Shown here: one piece after another, positions 1-13,082 of the stretch
How the letters are laid out: the number at the start of each line of letters is the position of its first letter
Numbering within the stretch: position 1 is the stretch's first letter
Source of the DNA: Octopus sinensis
Lineage: Eukaryota
Reading direction: 5' to 3'
Assembly (NCBI RefSeq): GCF_006345805.1
Contig: NC_043012.1
Coordinates: 31,930,001 to 31,994,000 of the forward strand
DNA: 64,000 nucleotides
The notes under the pieces: model-generated
What the model saw: only the letters and a program-made list of their open reading frames with translations
Databases searched by the model: none
Told to the model about the DNA's origin: nothing
Position numbers and translations under genes: made by a program

Positions 1-250
1 TTTCTTTAAGTATTAGAAATAGTTTTAAAAAAGTTTTTTTAGCTGCTATTTCTAATGAGTTCAGTATGCGGCAAAGTAATTTATTTTACTAAGCCCTTTT
101 ATATAATGTAATAATTTGAATTCGCCTTAAATGGTCCCTTTGCATACTGAATACTTGGTGAAATTGATTAATTAATTAATTTTACCCTCAATTGTTGAAA
201 TATATATATATATATATACACTTTATTAATAAAGCTGCAGAGACATCACA

Positions 251-296
251 AAAACTGTTACTAAGAGTTTGACTTTATAGGTCGCTGGACAGTTTT
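251..296 (-). ncRNA. Decayed type I hammerhead-like motif
   Basis: Minus strand reads AAAACTGT-CCAGCGA-CCTATAAAGT-CAAAC-TCTTA-GTA-ACAGTTTT. It has a perfect 8-bp helix I and HHR spacing, but G5, A6 and G12 (and U4) are non-canonical. A ~30 nt tail leads to (TA)n at 201-220. Confidence 0.5.
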
Positions 297-710
297 GTTT
301 TAGAATATATATATAGATATGTCAATATATAGAGTCCCCATCCTCTCCCCAGAAATATTACATGGAAAAATCGAGTAAATTGCGACCTTAAGAATATTCA
401 ATTACTACCGTAGTTGAATGATACACACTTCATAAAACACAGAAAAACATACACCTAACAGGAATCCTGACCCGTCGGACATTCTAGAATATATCAAACA
501 CCGTACGACTAATACAATGTACGCTTTTGGATTAGCTCGGGGGGGGGGATTAAAATATTCATATGGCTTAAATTATCTGTATCCATAATCTGAGTATTTC
601 ACTGGATGTATTTCGGTACCCATGATTTTTATTCGTCTAAAGGTGTTGTTTCAAAGATAATTCGACCCAACTTGATGACTCCCGATTAAGTACCCGATTC
701 ACACGAATCC

Positions 711-732
711 TTATATATATATACATATATTA

Positions 733-772
<40 letters not shown>

Positions 773-798
773 ATATATATATATACATACATATATAT

Positions 799-832
<34 letters not shown>

Positions 833-853
833 ATATATATATACTATATATAT

Positions 854-896
<43 letters not shown>

Positions 897-923
897 ATAT
901 ATACATACATATATATATATATT

Positions 924-955
<32 letters not shown>

Positions 956-981
956 ATATATATATAATATATATATATATA
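711..981. repeat. Imperfect (TA)n microsatellite
   Basis: Direct sequence; source of the spurious IYIY ORFs. Confidence 0.97.
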
Positions 982-1075
982 GTAAATCCAAACAAGAAAA
1001 CAAAAAACACAACAACGCAAGGACGCGGAACAAATAAAGTATTATTGGACGCTCAGGAAAGAAGGGAAACTGTCG
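982..1075 (-). mobile_element. Possible 3' end of a PLE terminal repeat abutting (TA)n
   Basis: Minus strand TTCCTGAGCGTCCAATAATACTTTATTTGT resembles TTCCTGAGCGCCATAC...TAATACAATTGTTTGT in the PLE repeat (~43805-43845) and ends at (TA)n. Confidence 0.35.
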
Positions 1076-1482
1076 ATTGTCCAAATATGGCCAAATGCGT
1101 TTTTTCAATATTTAATTTTGCTTGCGATAGTCTGTTCTTTTGGTCAAACTATCGTATATTCAGCTCTTTCAGATGCCAAGATATGAAAATTGTCAAAGTG
1201 TAGTACAACGGTTTAGCATTTTTGAAAAGTGCAGTGCCACATACGACATTTTTGAAAATATATTTCTAACTGAAAATATCACACATACAAGAAGTTACGA
1301 TTTTATGCCCCCGAGAAAGTATTAATGTTTAGCTGCAACTGTTGCTAATGTAAAAATAAATGGAATGGTGAGACTATTTTTTTGTTTCCTGAAAAAGCAA
1401 CGTTTTAGACTTACGAAACGTTTGCATAGTGGCAACGATATATATAAATTCTATATTCTATATTGTGCATGTGTATGTGTGT

Positions 1483-1518
<36 letters not shown>

Positions 1519-2634
1519 ATATATACAATATAGAATATAAAATTTGATATAATTTTATGATTGTTAACTGAAGCACAACTTGAGAATATTTACAGACATA
1601 CACGTAGATATACAACGTCACGACGGCTGTATACTTCTTACTATTATAAGCTATACATGCATGCACCCATATGCACATAAGCAACGAAACACAGTCTCAT
1701 CATACATTATGCACTATACACCTTATCAAAACTATAAAGAAATCACATTGCGATTTTATTGTTACTACATAACAAACAAAACATACTAAAGGACGGTGTA
1801 TTTCTGCGTTGCGAGTAAAGAAATAGAGAAAGCTTACATATGGCCTCGCATAGGGCATTGGAGAATGTGGATGGAAACCACCCGAAGAAACTGTCAGAAG
1901 ATGGAGTCGTGCATCTCATACGACAATGTGAACTCCGCGGAACCGCCAACGTTGATACTATATTGTAGGAAATTATAATAGCATATGTTGGTCGTGCTGT
2001 TTCCTGGTTCCACCTAAATAGCTGCCTCTTACCCCAGTCAAATCGCGCTGTTTAATTTTAAACCTAGTTCAATATATCGTATCACGTTTTGGTTTTACTC
2101 CTCGTACATGGCATTAATTTGCATTGACCCCTACATATTCCTAAGCCCTTGTATTTCTTACATTTTGTAATTGTACGATTTAGCACTGGTGGAAAAAAAA
2201 GATAATTTTTTAACAAGAGCAGTAGTTTCAGTAAGATTATTGTGATAATCAGCAAACTGCTAGTATAAAAATTTGTTATAACTGTAGCAGAGATCGGTAA
2301 TGTCATGCTATATGTTCATTAGCATTTCAACGCGAATGTCAGAGCTTATATTTCCAGATGGTGTGTCACCAAGATGGTTGACCTAAGTATTTCAACAACT
2401 AAAGGTCACGATTTACATCAAGTGAACACTGATCGCTACCTGATATAACTAACTAAAAGAACAGTGCATCAGTTTATACGATGTTGTATTCTATTAGTCA
2501 TAGCCTGTCTTTCTTTAACACGAACACACACATAGATACACACACGTACATATACATGTACTACTTTCTATCTAACTCATACTCTCTCTGTCTGGATTTC
2601 TCACTCTCTCTGTCTCTGTCTATCTGTCTCTGTA

Positions 2635-2666
<32 letters not shown>

Positions 2667-2945
2667 AGCATTTACTATACATGCACACACACACACGCAG
2701 ACACAAGCAGACACACACATGCACACATATGTATGAATATATATTTCTTTTAAGAACTATGCTGGCGGGAGTTCATATTCTTGTAGGTATAACTATGCGA
2801 GAAACCACACGTCCAAGGAAAAGTGAGAACACTGAATTCCTAAAAGTAGACACTAAGAAGAAAATATATTGAGTATATATAAAAAAGGAGGAGGTGGGGT
2901 GAATAAAAGAAACTGGTTGCTAAATAAAATAATTAAAAGGGGAGA

Positions 2946-3508
2946 TGTTGTACGATGAATTTGCATACACCTCCCGGTAAAAAGTGGTTGGAGAGCCATT
3001 ATAAATAGACCAGCAGCTGGTCGTCAGTATAGAGGGTCGAGGGTCGAAGAGTTTAGTGTCGACAGTTCTAGTCGGTGTCTTGTAGAGCTATCAGCGATAG
3101 CAAGACAGCAAGATAGCAAGTTACTGTATTACTATTCCGGTACTAAGGGATACAATGGTAACCGATAACCTACGGCGGCGAGCTGGCAGAAACGTTAGCA
3201 CTCCGGGCGAAATGCGTAGCCGTATTTCGTCTGCCGTTACGTTCTGAGTTCAAATTCCACCGAGGTCAACTTTGCCTTTCATCCTTTCGGGATCGATTAA
3301 ATAAGTACCAGTTACGCACTGGAGTCGATATAATTGACTTAATCCGTTTGTCTGTCCTTGTTTGTCCTCTCTGTGTTTAGCCCCTTGTGGGTAGTAATGA
3401 AATAGATATCCGATAACCTGTAACTAGTGTGGCTACTAGCGTAAACCAGCAACTACAGTACAACGACAGTCACACATCATACCAGTGGGAGGAACCCACT
3501 TTACAACA
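2946..3508 (+). mobile_element. Solo LTR (Gypsy-like) interrupted by a SINE
   Basis: Termini TGTTGTA (2946) and TACAACA (3508) are perfect inverted repeats. 4-bp TSD GAGA at 2942-2945 and 3509-3512. TATAAATA box near 2999. Confidence 0.75.
3172..3409 (+). mobile_element. tRNA-derived SINE, family 1
   Basis: A-box-like TGGCAGAAACGTTAGC, B-box GAGTTCAAATTCC and central GCCTTTCATCCTTTCGGG..TCGAT motif. 10-bp TSD CCGATAACCT at 3162-3171 and 3410-3419. Many other copies in the window. Confidence 0.92.
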
Positions 3509-3554
3509 GAGAAATAAGAATATTGACTCATTTTTCCCTCGCAGAATCCTCGAA

Positions 3555-3720
3555 GTCCAGCGGCACCATGATTAATAAACTGGTTACAGAACGACAACAT
3601 CTAAAGACAACTTTGAAGATATTGGCCATCAGATCTTCAAGATGGGAAGATATACCTTTGTGCGTATCAGTTTGGCGGTGTCCCACTTATAGGTGGGTGG
3701 AAATGATGTAGAATAAAGCA
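3555..3720 (+). mobile_element. Degraded RTE-type LINE 3' fragment
   Basis: LKTTLKILAIRSSRWEDIPLCVSVWR resembles the RTE C-terminal LK.SLK...I....WE..A.DR..WR pattern. Confidence 0.4.
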
Positions 3721-3894
3721 CTGTACTGGCTGGGAGCAAGGTGCGATTTTAGTAAAAAAGAGTAAAAAGAGTATATAGTAAAAAGGAGAGACAGAGACAG
3801 ACAGAAAAAAAGGAATATGACCCTTACATTTGAAAACTATGAAAATATATTTTTTTAAATTTCATTTAATTTTTCCACAATATAATTGTTGAAA

Positions 3895-4271
<377 letters not shown>

Positions 4272-4745
4272 CTATGATGGATTAGATATAAAATGGAAAA
4301 CTATTTGAACGTGTATATTACAACAAATATTTATATAATCTTGCAAGGAAAGAGGCCATGTGGCGAAATCACACAGAACAAACCGAAGAAAAACTCTGCT
4401 AGATTCTCCAGTTATACCCAGCTACCCGGATGTGTCTATTTTAGTGATTGAACAGAGAACCAAGCATGTAACTAGCAATTACGAAAGATGCTTTAACAGG
4501 CACCTATTTCCAGATTTGCCTATTTCCGCTGGCGGAACTTTTAGTTACCTGATACAGGTAGACAATATGTGTGTGGATAAATTTGAAATATAACTATATG
4601 ATACGTTTTTTTAATAAGCATATAAGTAGCATCGATCTGTCTATCCCTCCCTAACTTAGTCTATCTCTCTCTCTCTCTCTATCTCCCCCTCTCTCACTCT
4701 ACAATATATATAAGTACGTAGGTAGGTTGGTCGGTAAGTATATAT

Positions 4746-4970
4746 GCTGGCAGAATCGTTAGCACGTCGGACGAAATGCCGAGCAGTATTTCGTCTGCCG
4801 CTATGTTCTGAGTTCAATTTCTGCCGAGGTCGACTTTGCCTTTCATCCTTTCGGGGTCGATAAACTAAGTACCAATTACGCATTTGGGTCGATGTAATCG
4901 ACTTAATCCGTTTGTCTGTCCTTGTTTGTCCTCCCTGTGTTTAGCCCCTTGCGGGTAGTAAAAAAATAGG
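4746..4970 (+). mobile_element. SINE family 1
   Basis: Colinear with 3172-3409 from GCTGGCAGAATCGTTAGC to GGGTAGTAAAAAAATAGG. Confidence 0.9.
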
Positions 4971-5523
4971 TAAGTATATATGCAAGTATATACATATATA
5001 CAAATGCATGGCTTTAGTGTACACATTGATCAACACACACAAACATACAAACACACAAAAGCACAAACACCCACACACACATATGTGCTCAGAGTGTTTG
5101 AGTGTGTATTTGCCTGTTAGTTTAGGTGTGTGTTCGTGTGTGTGTACGTGTGCGTATTTGCGTGCTTTGTGTGTGTGTGTGTGTGTGTGTGCTTGTGTGT
5201 GCGCGTGTTTGTGTATGTGTGTGCGTGTGCGTACGCTTGCGGGCGCGCGTGTGTCTGTCTAATTTTGTGTGTATTGTCAGACTGCAATTTGTTATCATGT
5301 CAATAGTTAAAAGTCTTTTTACTATTCCAATAATCAATATAGGCTGTACAAACACCCTGATAATAGATACTCACATATTAATACACGTCTCTCTCTTTCA
5401 CTTTACTTCACTCTGTGTCTGACACCCACAAGCACACACACGCACACACATACACTCAAAAACACGTGGTGTGCGTGTATGCATATACTCATACATACAT
5501 ACAAGGCCATAATCTACTGACAA

Positions 5524-5599
5524 TATATATATATATATATATATATATAGCTAGCTAGATAGATAGATAGACGGATATATATACCTCGTATATACCTAC

Positions 5600-5664
<65 letters not shown>

Positions 5665-5698
5665 ATATAGATAGATAGATAGATAGATAAATAGATAT

Positions 5699-5782
<84 letters not shown>

Positions 5783-5786
5783 TATA

Positions 5787-5824
<38 letters not shown>

Positions 5825-5835
5825 TATATATATGT
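5524..5835. repeat. Compound (TA)n/(GATA)n microsatellite
   Basis: Direct sequence. Confidence 0.95.
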
Positions 5836-6805
5836 AACCGTCAATTCGATTAATATGTGAATACGGGGTAAGTGAAAGAAATGGAGGGAACGGAATGTAC
5901 AATACGAAGTCCAAATCTGAATAGATATTAACATCAGCAAAGAATATTAAGTTATATATGGAGATGATTTTTAAAAAGTGTATAAAAAATTTATATTCTG
6001 AAGTCACGTGTTGCTTCCACGAAGACACCAAGTTGCAAAACGAGCGCAGATAAATAGATTCATATCCACACAAAGCAGGACACATACGCAATCGCAAATG
6101 CATAGAAGCAGGCAATGAAAGGCAGACATAAGATCTTACGCGCCAACTAACAGAAACCTCCACACATCCCGAACAAACATACAATGAATCAACAAAACGG
6201 GGGACAAAGAATAATAGAACACAAATATCAAAGAATCAATCAACGTGTTTGTATGTGTGTGCGTGTATGATTGTCTGTGTGTGTGTGTGTGTTGTGTGTG
6301 TGCGTTTGTGTTTTTACGTGTTTATGTGCGCGTCTGAGTAGTTTGATGTGTGTGAATTTGTGCGTCTCTGCATATGAGTGTACTTCTAAGACGAAATATT
6401 GATTTTCTGTAATCGCTGCCAGCTGTTGGATGTCTTTGTAACCTGAAGTATGCCGCTTGTGTCATTGTCATATAATAATATTCCAATTCTATAAAATGGA
6501 ACCTTTTTATGAAATGACAAACAATGAATAAATAAAATAAATAAATAATTAAAATAAAATAAAATTAAGATTTAAATCTTTTTGATTTGCTTGGCTGATT
6601 TTTAAAAAAATCAGCCATTCGTGCCCAACAACAACTTTAATCACAACAACAATAATTTGCCGCCCAATCAAGTACAGCTTAATGAGTTTTCTGACCCCTT
6701 AATTGTATGATGACTGTCTACTTGAGATTACGTCTTGACTTTCCAGAAACTGAAACTAGGTCTCACCCTCCCTCCCTCCTCTTCTCTCTCTTCTCCCTTC
6801 TCTTT

Positions 6806-7147
6806 CACTCACACTGACTGACTGGCTGACTCACTAACTCACTTATTCCCTTATTCACTCACTCACTCACTCACTCTCTCACTCACTCACTCACTCACTC
6901 ACTCACTCACTCATTCACTCACTCACTCACTCACTCATTCACTCACTCACACACTCACTCACTCACTCACTCACTCACTAACTCACTCACTTATTCACTC
7001 ACTCACTAACTCACTCACTCACTCACTCACTCATTCACTCACTCACTCACTCACACACTCACTCACTCACTCACTCACTAACTCACTCACTTATTCACTC
7101 ACTCACTCACTCACTCACTAACTCACTCACTCACTCACTCACTCACT
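6806..7147. repeat. (ACTC)n tetranucleotide array
   Basis: ~340 bp of ACTC units with recurring ACTA/ATTC variants. Confidence 0.95.
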
Positions 7148-8749
7148 CTGCACTTTGTCCACGTCGATTATGCAGGTCACAAACTTAAAATCTGTGCAGT
7201 AGAACAGCCAATAATATAAATAGCTTAAGCTATCCTGATCCGCTGAAATAATAAATTATCTCGATGAAATCTGAATGTCCTGATATGCCGTTCCACTCAC
7301 TGACATTCTTTTCTAGTGTCTCTGCTTGGTCTGGATGGCGGCAGTCTCTGTTGTTGCTGTTATTACCTGCAGCTGATGTTTGTGTTGCACATTTCTCTGC
7401 TCATCAGTGGTTGAATTTATTTGGTATAATTGCATGCAGTTTAGTGTTCTTGTTTCGTTTAATGCTTTGTTGGCGTTTCAAACATGTTTGTCTTTGGTTA
7501 CCATTGTTGACATTGTTTCCATTTTTCACTTGCACTATTCCGTCTTGTTTTTGCTCTGCAAAGTGAATTTGCTCTCATCTACACCGGGACTGCTTTCAAA
7601 TTCACTAGTGTGTACACCAGGATATTACTGGTGTTGTCAAAGTTAATACCTACATATTTGTCATTGAGTTTCTCAGAAAGGCCTTCAAAAATCACTTTTC
7701 TATAACTCATGCTATAATGACGTTAAGGTATTCATCAAAACGAAATATTTTCTGCTTCTGCTATACATTTTTAGGTACTGTTTACATATCCACCTCTAAA
7801 ACTATTTGATTCTTGTTCTGTAAATAAATATTCGATGAAATATGAGAAAAAAATTATGAAAATACGAGGAATTATCTTTTGTAAAGTGTGTTACTGGGGA
7901 TGTCTCTGCTTCTTGAAGCATAAAAAGAATTTTTTTTGGAAGCCGTGGTGTAAAACCACTTTTCGCGGTTAACAGTGATCAAGTCTTGCGCGGATATATA
8001 CACTTTCTGCCTTCAAATGAATAATGAGCGTCGAAAGGGTTAATAACCAACCACTACACGATACACAAATATAAAATGTCTTGACAATATAAATGCTTGT
8101 ATGCCGATAAGAGACGGCAAGGCAAATGAGTGTACCTGTATAAAAGAATCTGAGAGATTTTAATAGTCTTTCATTGAACATTTACCATAAAGTATTCATG
8201 TACCTCTAGAAGAATTTTGAGCCATCATTTCCGTGTCCAGGATTCACTGTCAGTGACATTTTGACAGCAGTGTTTGGAAGCTAGTTAAACTTTTTGTGAA
8301 TTTCGCTGGTCTCGGACAATTTGAAATCCACTCCATATCATCAAAACAACAAAAATAAAATTAACGAGTAAATAAAGAAAGACGTCAAGAACACCTATGT
8401 TAGTAAATAGGTTATGCATTACTTGAGATTATTATACAAAAGGATATGGCTTAAAATGTATATATTTGCGTAAATAAGGCCAACATATGCTGCAAATAAA
8501 AGCAGAATAGAATGAAGATTCCAATACAAACAAAGATATACGAAACGATCTCAGTAAATCCACGTGAAACACATTATACTAGCCACGTCGTTATGACTAT
8601 CAGAAGAGAAAGTTTTAAAAAATACCCATGAATGTCAAGAACAAATAAAATTTAAAATCTCGTAACAAATGAGAGGGAAACAAACTTTTGAATACAATTA
8701 GAAAAATAAAAACCGAACCCAAAAAAGGAACTGAAAGTCACTCTCTCTC

Positions 8750-9526
8750 TCTCTATCTCTCTCTCCCTGTCTCTGTGATTTATATCATGCCAATCAGAAA
8801 ACCGGAAAAAGCTGTCGGGCTATCCAAGGTATTGATAAATTAATACAATAATTTTAATGCAAGCTGGAAACCTAATTCAACTTATGGTTCAGAAGATGTG
8901 TCTCGTCATAAAGACACAACATAGGAAATGAACAATGTTTTATAGAAAAGCAAGGGCATTCACTAAAAACTAACATTGAACATGATTTAGGAACCCGTTA
9001 AAAATTACCATAGAAACAATGAAATTAATACAAAGCTATAACAAATATACACTATCGAACCCACATTTAACAGAAAACAGAAAATAAATGCATCGTGCAA
9101 TATTTCAATCACAGTTAACGGTAGGAAGGGTCAAAGAGAAACAATAAAGAATATAGAAGAGGAAGGAAATAAGATTGATGAACGTGGATCATTGTAATCA
9201 TCCATCCAAGCTACAAACAACCAAGCAACTTTACAAATAAATAAATATGATATGGCCTTTCAAAAAGATTTGTTTCGAATACTAACAAATCGAATTTCTG
9301 TTGACATAAACAGCAGCCGTACTAACAATGGAATCCGACCTTGATCCGAACTGCATCGGATCTTCAACAAAATTCCACTCCACAAAATAGGAAACATAAT
9401 ACATTATACTAACTTACAACCTTCCTGTCATTTTTGAGGGGATTGTAAGTGTAGGACTTCTTGTGTTTTCTTTAAATTCTGTTTTAAAAGTTCTTCGACA
9501 AGGAAACAAATAAGAAAATATGTAAC

Positions 9527-9581
<55 letters not shown>

Positions 9582-10150
9582 ATGAAGTATAAGACATTCC
9601 GAGAACAAGAGAGATTATCAAAAATTCTCATCAGTAAAATTGTTCAAAGGAAGACATTAAATTCGTGAAGGCTGTTTCAGAACAAAAATATTTGAACGGA
9701 ATCCTAACAGACTTCACTGTTTCATAAAATCAAAACACCAACATCAATGGAAATGATAACATATTGGGGAAGATATGAAACAAAAATTAGCACAACTTGT
9801 AAATAATGCACGAGAAAATAAAAGGGAAATATAATATTCTCACAAGAAGGACCCATAACAACCGACAAGCGACGCACGAAAACATCTATTTAGGGCTTAT
9901 ACCTCTTGAGAAATAGAAAGCAACTGGAAAGTTCCCAGCGTTGACAAGACACGCGATTTCTGTTTAAAGGTCCTGACAAGTGCGTATGAGTGTATGCTGT
10001 CACCTTGCACTATGTTGTGGAACACACCCCAATTCATACTTGATGGAAATAACTCATTGATTTCTTAAAACATACCTGTGGAACCTTAAATAAGAAACTT
10101 TAACTTGCTTACCAAGTCCTGACATAAATATTCACCACGAAGAAGCTAGT
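8750..10150 (+). mobile_element. Heavily degraded CR1/L2-type LINE remnant
   Basis: Faint RT-like peptide (YDMAFQKDLFRIL ~ LDFAKAFDKV) near 9250; many stops; boundaries approximate. Confidence 0.3.
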
Positions 10151-11444
10151 TATCTACCCGGAGAGTTATTGATTTGCCAGAGAAGCTGAAGAGATGGTGG
10201 AACACGGGATACGAATGTAGAGAGCAACTACAGGTGAAACGGGTTTTTCTAAAAAAACACCCAAAACAAAATTTTAATGCTTTCGATTAAGTACTAAAAG
10301 ATGATCAGTAATAGTATACCACTATCTTGAGTACAGGAAACATTCCACATAAATACAGAAACCCTATACTAGAAAATACATCAATACTACCCCGTCGAAA
10401 TAGAAAGCCAGCATTGTAGTTAGGCGAGGTGGCAGAGTTGTTGAGACATTAGGTAGACTGACTTAAAGTAATTGTTCCATCGCTATGTGCGATATGTCTC
10501 TCGGACGTCTACGTTCTGAAAGCGTCGTTTGCAATGACGTTCTTCTCAAGAGGTATAAGCCCTAAATAGATGTTGTTTCCTTGGACAACTATCAGAGTGT
10601 AGATAGAGGAGTTTTCATAAACAGCCACCCGCTAGTCTTCCACAAAAGGGCCTAGAACAATCCTGTTCATGCAGATAAATGTATAAAGCAGGTCTCTACA
10701 AATGGCAAGAAAACCAACGACAAATACAACTAGCCCCATGTCCATAAAAACAGAATCTTGAAAAAATAAACTTATTCTCTCTACATAATATACCTACGTC
10801 TGACTCCAATATTAAATCTGTTCATTAAAACCTCAAATAGTTACTGTTGGTACTAATAAACACATTTAAGCACATGCCTAATGCTATTATGATTTATTAA
10901 AATATGTTGGCTTTCTTACCGTTCAGTATGTAGTAATTTTATTTGATAAAATAATTTTAAAAAATATTTTCCTGATAACGATTAGTGTTTTTTTTCTGTT
11001 GCTTATTAAGTGTTTTGGACATTATATTAAATAGCTCGCAATAAATTTCTATAAATCTTTAATTTATAGTTTCATATTTTTCTAGATTTGAATGTATACA
11101 GCAAAATACTGATTATATGATGGACAAGATAAAAACAAATCCTGCTTAATTAAAACTAAATAATAATTTTAAATAAACTCTAATATTTCAATGTCTTTAT
11201 GTTTTCAAATGTTTGCAATAAATAACGTGGTTTTAGTTTTTGCAACACATTTCGAGCTAATCTCTTTAATCGGTTCTCTTTACAATATGAGGCAATAAAT
11301 TACGAGATATTCAATATTTGCCACGTACAACTACGACGTTTTCTTTTGCACACACACACACACACACACACACGTATGTATAGATAAAAGGTATATGCAT
11401 ACATGTGTCTGTGTTTCCGTGTGAATGGTATGTGGGATTTCATA

Positions 11445-11650
11445 AGGCGGCGAGCTGGCAGAAACGTTAGCACGCCGGGCGAAATGCGAAGCCGTATTAC
11501 GTCTGCCGTTACATTCTGAGTTCAAATCCCGCCGAGGTCGTCTTTGCCTTTCATCCTTTCATGGTCGATAAATTAAGTACCAGTTACGCACTGGGGCCGA
11601 TATAATCGACTTAATCCCTTTGTCTGTCCTTGTGAGTAGTAAAGAAATAG
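11445..11650 (+). mobile_element. SINE family 1
   Basis: AGGCGGCGAGCTGGCAGAAACGTTAGCACGCCGGGCG through GTAGTAAAGAAATAG. Confidence 0.92.
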
Positions 11651-12699
11651 TTATGAGGGATTTATTTTAAAAATATGACATTCAGTGTACGATATAATAT
11701 AACAGTTTCTTTTTCTTAATGTTTGCAGACGTGTCTTCCCGTTATTCACGCCAAACATAATTATACACATTATTTTCTTTAACTTATCTGGTAACACTTG
11801 GATTATAAGACTTCATTTTGTATAGAACCTGTTGTCTATATTTCACTTTAGCCAATCATCTACAATCACCTATTGTATGTAAATGACAAATGTCTGTTGT
11901 AACAAAAAACTTTTCTTATTTAAAGTCTATTTTCGATTCTTACGGGAATTAAAACATACAAAATTTTGTGCCTTATTTGTGTCACTATCAATTGTTCCAT
12001 CTTCGGGGATATCAAAGATTGGTTACGTAAAAATTCAAAATGTAATCATGTGAGTAGCTTCATAGCATGACGCATGAGAAAAAGAAGTCCGTGTCAATAC
12101 ATAAAAGGTGATGAAGGCATACTTATGAACTTGGCAGCTTCTAACCACAAATCTACGCACTGGTGATTTGAGCGTGATGGCCTTGAGTTTACAAAAGAGA
12201 GGTGACTGCCAAGGATCCTACCCGAGGGTCCGAGCAGCCCTATTTAGGGATTGCGATATTTGACTCAAATATATATATAGAAAAACAAAAGCAACCTATC
12301 CATCTAAACTTACTGAAATCCATTTTCAGTTCTCAACTGCCATGTTCTCAATTTCTGTGGTCGAAACAAAATAAAAAAAACAAATCAAATTGATTTTGAT
12401 ACGCGGAATAGTTGGACCATGCTGGATGTAGCCAACTCTGGGAGGCTCGAAACAAAAAAACTGACATCGTTGATTGGAAAATAATATATGCTACAATATA
12501 GATATATCAACACTGTCAGAAACAGGATTTAATGAATATCGGGAAGAAAAGACCCTCTCTTCCTGAAAAAAAATGTTGTACGAATTGAGGTTGGGGTTGT
12601 TTAGGTAGCGCGAACCAGCTGACTGGTATGCTTTCTGCTGCTGTATCTGGGTGGCTAATCGATGTGAGGTTAGCACTAGTTGGTAATCGAAAGGCTAAT

Positions 12700-13082
12700 A
12701 CTTTTTTTCTTTACTGCCCACGAGGGGCTAAGCACGGAGGACAGACAAACGGATTAAGTCGATTACATCAACTCCAGTGCGTAACTGGTACTTATTTAAT
12801 CGACCCCGAAATGATGAAAGGCAAAGTCGACCTCGGCGGAATTTGAACTCAGAACGTAGCGACAGCGGAAATACCTATTTTTTTACTAAACCACAAGGGG
12901 CTAAACAGAGAGAGGACAAACAAGGACAGACAAACGGATTAAGTCGATTATATCGATCCCAGTGCGTAACTAGTACTTATTTAACCGACTTCGGCAGAAT
13001 TTGAACTCAGAACGTAGCGTCAGACGAAATACCGCTATGCATTTCGCCCGGCGCGCTAACGTTTCTGCCACCTCACCGCCTT
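12700..13082 (-). mobile_element. SINE family 1, tandem dimer
   Basis: Reverse complement gives a full unit (13082-12875) followed by a second unit lacking the A-box (12874-12700). Confidence 0.88.

Noticed and set aside
5990-6040. Possible very decayed HHR on the minus strand upstream of a TA run
   Set aside because: Too many core mismatches to distinguish from chance.
7381-7410. Minus-strand CTGATGA-GCA...TGC
   Set aside because: Lacks GAAA and a cleavage triplet.
7700-8200. Possible hAT dimerisation-domain relic (minus ORF 7969-8181)
   Set aside because: The key SERSFS-type motif is absent.
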